This document shows positions 59,348 through 64,000 of a stretch of 64,000 bases of DNA, one piece after another. This stretch comes from Spirochaetia bacterium. GTDB taxonomy: Bacteria; Spirochaetota; Spirochaetia; UBA9216. Position 1 is the first letter of the stretch. The number at the start of each line of letters is the position of its first letter. Location of the stretch: positions 1,984,001-2,048,000 of the forward strand of contig OY776510.1 in NCBI GenBank assembly GCA_963675665.1, given 5' to 3'. The notes below the pieces were generated by a model, which was not told the origin of the DNA, did not search any database, and worked only from the letters and a program-made list of their open reading frames with translations. The translations under genes were made by a program, and so were the position numbers.

Positions 59348-61735
59348 ATGACCAAAAGGATACAGAAAGAGCGCGACAGGATTCTCAAGACAAAACCGGG
59401 AATCTGTACCGAAAGAGCGTTTTTTTATACTGAAGCATATAAAAAGTATGAAAGCAGCCCGGTAATCATCAGGAGAGCGTATGCTTTGAAAGATACTCTT
59501 GAAAGGATGAGCATCAGAATAGATCATGATGAACTGATAGTCGGAAACCATTCTTCAGCTGTATATTCAGCCCCGATCTTTCCGGAGTATGCTGTTGAAT
59601 GGATAAAAAACGAAATCGATGATTTTGAAAATCGTACTGGTGATGCATTTTATCCTGATGAAAAAACAAAAAAGGATTTACTGGAAATCTGCGAATACTG
59701 GACGAATAAAACCACCCTTGATAAGGGACATGCCCTAATGACTGAAGATTTGCAGGCAATCCATGAGTCGGGAATAATCCGGGCGGAGGGTAATCTGACT
59801 TCCGGTGATGCACATATTGCTGCAAATTTCAGAAAGATCCTGGACAAGGGGCTTGGCTGGTTTATTGAGCTCACCGGTAAAAAGCTGGAGCAGACAGGAT
59901 TTGTTACTGAAGAAGAAATAAAGAAACGGCAGTTCTACAGTTCTGTTCTGATAAGTCTGAAAGCTTTCAGTACCTTTATTACCAGGTTTGCCGTTTTGGC
60001 TGCCGAATTGAAAGAATCCGAGGCTGATTCAGCCAGAAAAGCCGAGCTGGAGCAGATTGAAAATATATGTGGACAGATTGCATGGGAAAAACCCCGGACC
60101 TTCTACCAGGCATTACAACTCAGCTACTTTGTCCAGCTTGTGCTTCAGATTGAAAGCAACGGGCATTCCCTGTCGCTTGGCAGGCTTGATCAGTATCTTT
60201 ATCCTTTTTACAGGGCGGACAGGGATAGCGGTCTGATAACCGATGAGTTCGTGATGGAGCTGCTGGAAAGTACCTGGCTGAAGCTTGTAAGTATGAAGAA
60301 AATCAGGTCATGGTCGCATACCAGGTTTTCAGCAGGCGGTCCGCTTTATCAGAATGTGACAATCGGGGGCCAGTTGAGAGACGGCAGCGATGCCGTAAAT
60401 GAATTGTCTTATCTCATCCTCCGCTCCGTAGGCGAAACAAAACTGACCCAGCCTAATCTTACAGTAAGATTTCATCCGGGAATCAGCAATGACTTTTTAA
60501 TGGAATGTGTAAAGGTTATCCAGCTTGGTTTCGGAATGCCGGCATTCAACAATGATTCTATTGTTATTCCGGCCTTTCATAACCTTGGGGTTGAAGAGGA
60601 AGATGCCTGGGACTATTCGGCAATCGGCTGTATCGAGGTTGCGGTCCCCGGAAAATGGGGATACCGCTGTACAGGAAAGCATTTCTTGAATTTCATGAGG
60701 GTTTTTCTTGCCGCGCTGAACGACGGAACTGATCCGGTAAGCGGCAGGCAGTTTCATAAAGGAAACGGGAAACTGACTGAATTTACCGATTTTTCACAGG
60801 TGCTTGAAGCCTGGGACCGGCAGGTGAGGTTTTATGCGAAAGCCGGTATTGCCATTGATACCGCTATAGATATTGTTCTGCGTGATGAAGCGCCTGATCT
60901 TCTCTGTTCCGCATTTACCGACGACTGTATTGAACGCGGGCTTACCGTTCACGAGGGCGGATGCAAGTACGATTTCGTTTCGGGGTTGCAGGTGGGTATT
61001 GCAAACCTGGCTAACTCTCTTGCAGCGGTAAAAAAGCTTGTTTTTGATGAAAAACGGATTACGGCCGACGAACTGCTTGGCGCCATGAATAATGATTTTT
61101 CAGGAACTGAGGGTGAAAAACTGCGGCAGGTTCTGCTGAATTTTGCTCCGAAATACGGAAATGATGATGATTATGTAGACAAACTGCTTGTGCAGGCGTA
61201 TGCATCGTATCTTGACGAGATAGAAAAATACCCCACCATTCGGGAAGGAAGCGGCGCTATCGGCTGCCGCTATTACGGCGGCACCTCAAGCATTTCGGGT
61301 AATGTCCCCGCCGGGGCGGTTGTTCCGGCAACGCCGGACGGCAGAAAAGCCTGGAAACCCCTTGCAGAAGGCGCATCCCCGTCGGCCGGATCGGATTTAA
61401 ACGGCCCGACTGCTGTTATGCGGAGTATCAGCAAGCTTCCTACCGAGAAAATTCTAGGCGGGGTTCTGCTGAATCAAAAACTGATTCCTTCTGTGCTTGA
61501 AACGGAAAGCAACAAGGAAAAACTTGCCTCAATGCTTCACGCATTTTTCGATAATATGAATGGCTGGCATATTCAGTACAATATTGTTGACCGGGAAACT
61601 CTGCTTGAAGCACAGGAAAAGCCTGAAGAATATCACGATCTGGTAGTCAGGGTAGCCGGGTACTCGGCATTTTATACCAACCTGTCGACTGAAACACAGA
61701 ATGATATTATTGCAAGGACTGAACAGACGATATAA
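59348..61735 (+). CDS. Glycyl radical enzyme, YbiW/PflF-like
   Basis: APIFPEY, EGNLTSGDAH, ESNGHS, SAIGCIE (Cys loop), TSSISGN, RVAGYS (Gly loop). Confidence 0.9.
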   Translation: MTKRIQKERDRILKTKPGICTERAFFYTEAYKKYESSPVIIRRAYALKDTLERMSIRIDHDELIVGNHSSAVYSAPIFPEYAVEWIKNEIDDFENRTGDAFYPDEKTKKDLLEICEYWTNKTTLDKGHALMTEDLQAIHESGIIRAEGNLTSGDAHIAANFRKILDKGLGWFIELTGKKLEQTGFVTEEEIKKRQFYSSVLISLKAFSTFITRFAVLAAELKESEADSARKAELEQIENICGQIAWEKPRTFYQALQLSYFVQLVLQIESNGHSLSLGRLDQYLYPFYRADRDSGLITDEFVMELLESTWLKLVSMKKIRSWSHTRFSAGGPLYQNVTIGGQLRDGSDAVNELSYLILRSVGETKLTQPNLTVRFHPGISNDFLMECVKVIQLGFGMPAFNNDSIVIPAFHNLGVEEEDAWDYSAIGCIEVAVPGKWGYRCTGKHFLNFMRVFLAALNDGTDPVSGRQFHKGNGKLTEFTDFSQVLEAWDRQVRFYAKAGIAIDTAIDIVLRDEAPDLLCSAFTDDCIERGLTVHEGGCKYDFVSGLQVGIANLANSLAAVKKLVFDEKRITADELLGAMNNDFSGTEGEKLRQVLLNFAPKYGNDDDYVDKLLVQAYASYLDEIEKYPTIREGSGAIGCRYYGGTSSISGNVPAGAVVPATPDGRKAWKPLAEGASPSAGSDLNGPTAVMRSISKLPTEKILGGVLLNQKLIPSVLETESNKEKLASMLHAFFDNMNGWHIQYNIVDRETLLEAQEKPEEYHDLVVRVAGYSAFYTNLSTETQNDIIARTEQTI

Positions 61736-61761
61736 AAAGAGGCTGGTTTTCAGCCTCTTTT
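61735..61761. terminator. Bidirectional terminator
   Basis: AAAAGAGGCTG-GTTTT-CAGCCTCTTTT. Confidence 0.75.
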
Positions 61762-61771
61762 ACATTGCCGG

Positions 61772-62218
61772 TCAATATCGGGCTTTTTCCGCCTGTATAT
61801 CATAAAAAGCCTCCGCACCCTTTTCTTTTATGATTCCCCCGTTTTCAAGCCATCGTTGATAGAGGTTTTCTTTAAGGCCGGATTTGTCACAGGGGAATTG
61901 CCGGCATTCACCGCAAAAATCCGCATCCTGTTTCACGAAACAGCTCTTTATTCCGCATCCAGGCAGGCAGTTTTTACCGCCGGCACGGCAGCCGTCGCAA
62001 CCGGCATTTGCAAAAAATGAGAGGATTTTCTCAAACGCTTCATACTGGGAAAAAGGTTCAAAAAAAGATGACATTTTTTCCGCCATCCTTTTATAGTTGC
62101 CGAGAGAAGATAACAGGGCCCGGCTCTGTTCCGATATTTCTCCATTGTTAAATGATGCGCACCTTGAACAGTCAAGTCCGCAGGGAGCAAGTTTTTCCAG
62201 AAGTTCATCTCTTGTCAT
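61772..62218 (-). CDS. Cys-rich DUF3795-like protein
   Basis: CGLDCSRC, CDGCR, C..GCGIKSC, FCGECRQFPC; RBS AGGAG. Confidence 0.75.
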   Translation of the reverse strand: MTRDELLEKLAPCGLDCSRCASFNNGEISEQSRALLSSLGNYKRMAEKMSSFFEPFSQYEAFEKILSFFANAGCDGCRAGGKNCLPGCGIKSCFVKQDADFCGECRQFPCDKSGLKENLYQRWLENGGIIKEKGAEAFYDIQAEKARY

Positions 62219-62307
62219 GTTTGTTCTCCTTATAGGGCACCTCTGATATGATGTGACCCATGTCAAGTTAAAATATCCAGGTTTTATCTATAAGATCCCC
62301 CCCCTGT

Positions 62308-62506
62308 CCAGGACAGGAAGAAAGATAGAACAACGTTTATGCGGCGATAGACCACTCTGATATTCGCGGATTGGTTACCGCAGGTCAATGGGATCGTCGG
62401 GAGCTGCCTCTGTCTAAAACCGAGGATCAATATTATTATTGCCTCATAGAGGTGCCGAGGGTTCTCCTTTATCACTGTTGTTGTTCTATCCATCCTTCTG
62501 TCCTGG
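62308..62506 (-). ncRNA. Predicted bridge RNA / seekRNA of the IS1111 element
   Basis: Long imperfect closing stem (62480-62506 with 62308-62334) enclosing guides GGCACCTCTA, GTTTTAGA, CATTGACCT and ATATCAGA that match target and donor. Confidence 0.8.
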
Positions 62507-62530
62507 TAGCTTATTAACCAACTATCGAAG

Positions 62531-63634
62531 TCATGCGACTTCTGTTCTACCTACCATCATTCCCCAAATAAATCCTGATAATTCTCTGGCAACTGCCGTA
62601 ACAGTTTTCTGAGGGCATACCCCTCTACGAATCATCCTGAAATATTTCTTACTCAACCTTCTGCCGGCTTTATCAGCATAAGCTATTGTTTCAGCAGATT
62701 GTCCTTTCCTTCTCGCTGTCAGTCGTTTCGATGGCGAATACCTTTGGTAATGCCAGCTTGATTCCACTAACAGCCGTCGTAGCCTGGAGTTGCCGGCCTT
62801 CGTAATCCCGCCAAGCTTCCGGCCCTCTCCGCTTGAGTATTCTGACGGCACAAGTCCAAGATACGCCATGAAGGATTCCGCTTTTTTAAATCTTCTGAAA
62901 TCTCCTATCTCGCATACAAATGTTAATGCTGTTAATGTCTCTATACCTTTGAAACATCGAAGCCGGGATACCCTTTCTTTATATCTGTCTTCAGCAGCAA
63001 TCTCTTCTATTTTTTCCTGCAACCGTTCAATCTTTTCCTCTAATTCCACAATCGCAAGATAATATTCTTTTAAAACTTCTTTATGCATTACCTGTTCAAA
63101 CTGCAAGTTTTTCAACCAGGTTCGATGCGCCCCTGTCCAGTACTTTTTCCCAATATCATATTTCTTCCCGTTCCTTAGCAGAAACTGTAAGAGCCTCTGT
63201 TTCTGTTTCCTCAAATCAATTTTCATATCGTTACACATCCTCATGTAATCACGAACTGATTCATCTGTGCGTGTCGGTATATTCACCGGTGTTATTTCCT
63301 GATTCCTTAATGCTCTGGCTAATTTGACTGCATCCCTCTTGTCTGTCTTTATTCGGTCTCCGGGTTTCCTCGGCAATAATGATGGTGCTGCTACGTAACA
63401 GATAATTCCCATATCTTCAAGTAATCTATAAAGTGTAAATCCTGTAGGGCCTGCTTCGTAACAACACAGAATATTTTCTCCATTCTCTTTAAGTCGCTTG
63501 AAGAATCTTTTAATATTTCCGGGTTCGTTCCTGAGCTCTCTTTCAAACTCAGGATTCTGATAATTATCTCTGAATACCGCTACTGCGATTGATTCCTTGT
63601 GGACATCCATCCCTACATAAATTACACTATTCAT
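62531..63634 (-). CDS. IS110 family recombinase/transposase (DEDD RuvC + Tnp domain)
   Basis: GMDVHK, CYEAG, KTDKRDA, GLVPSEYSSG, ITKAGN, AVAREL. Confidence 0.95.
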   Translation of the reverse strand: MNSVIYVGMDVHKESIAVAVFRDNYQNPEFERELRNEPGNIKRFFKRLKENGENILCCYEAGPTGFTLYRLLEDMGIICYVAAPSLLPRKPGDRIKTDKRDAVKLARALRNQEITPVNIPTRTDESVRDYMRMCNDMKIDLRKQKQRLLQFLLRNGKKYDIGKKYWTGAHRTWLKNLQFEQVMHKEVLKEYYLAIVELEEKIERLQEKIEEIAAEDRYKERVSRLRCFKGIETLTALTFVCEIGDFRRFKKAESFMAYLGLVPSEYSSGEGRKLGGITKAGNSRLRRLLVESSWHYQRYSPSKRLTARRKGQSAETIAYADKAGRRLSKKYFRMIRRGVCPQKTVTAVARELSGFIWGMMVGRTEVA

Positions 63635-63830
63635 AGTGGCCTCCGTTCCTTTGTATGTGGCGTGTCTGCGCTTTGCCATTAGCCATTGTGTAGGCTAATC
63701 CACGATTTTGCAAACACGGCGGTCACTTCATATTGTCTAATAACCCTAAATTGGGCTTATCAGAGGTGCCTTGGAGTTTACTTATTTCCTTATCAGTTAA
63801 TAAGTAAACATCCACAGTACGTCTAAGGAA

Positions 63831-63860
63831 GACTTCTAAAAACTGCAGTTTTTAGAAGTC
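63831..63860. repeat. Perfect 30-bp palindrome, related REP-like repeat
   Basis: GACTTCTAAAAACTGCAGTTTTTAGAAGTC. Confidence 0.8.
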
Positions 63861-64000
63861 CCCTATAATAAGGATGCATTAAAGAAGTTAAAGGTGCGCA
63901 AAAAATTGGTTTATTCGGATTTTTTTAGCATGGAGCCTATGGCAAGAGCTGTCTTTTCATACCAGGAGATGTCGGGTTTTCTTTCCGGAAGATTTCTGAA

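Larger units (their letters stand above)
62245..63738 (-). mobile_element. IS110-family insertion sequence, IS1111 subgroup (~1.49 kb)
   Basis: Sub-terminal IRs ATATGATGTGACC (62246-62258) and GGTCACTTCATAT (63721-63733), 12/13 match; TCT core at both junctions (62242-62244, 63736-63738); long 3' non-coding end. Confidence 0.9.
62236..63770. repeat. REP-like palindrome split by the IS (arms 62236-62244 and 63739-63770)
   Basis: Removing the IS gives GGCACCTCT-AATAACCCTAAATTGGGCTTATC-AGAGGTGCC. Confidence 0.8.

Noticed and set aside
59348-61735. Pyruvate formate-lyase
   Set aside because: Single Cys (GCIE) rather than the CC pair; motifs are YbiW-like
62232-63772. GGCACCTCTGATA / TATCAGAGGTGCC as IS terminal inverted repeats
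   Set aside because: They are mostly arms of the pre-existing target palindrome; the true sub-terminal IRs and duplicated TCT core lie inside
63893-64000. Possible CDS start at the right edge
   Set aside because: Too short to assign

Overview
A 64-kb stretch of an anaerobic, sugar-fermenting bacterium, probably a free-living Spirochaetota (inferred from spirochaete-style 'ASG/ANG..E' binding-protein leaders, a bulged 12-bp-type tRNA-Sec and Treponema-like palindromic repeats). It is almost all catabolic accessory genes: four ABC sugar importers plus an orphan sensory binding protein; a TetR-GntP-ATC-hydrolase-D-aminoacylase-D-cysteine desulfhydrase-RidA operon; a GntR regulon with a PMI-like cupin, tungsten aldehyde:ferredoxin oxidoreductase, split transketolase and SDR; a GlcNAc-phosphodiester locus; selC; a GH12/GH1/rare-sugar LacI regulon; and a YbiW-like glycyl radical enzyme with no adjacent activase. 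The most fully sequence-supported finding is a complete IS1111-type IS110 element (62245..63738) inserted into a REP-like palindrome. Its 3' non-coding end folds into a bridge/seek RNA whose guide segments match the reconstructed target and the donor junction. All product calls come from motif recognition only; no database search was run.
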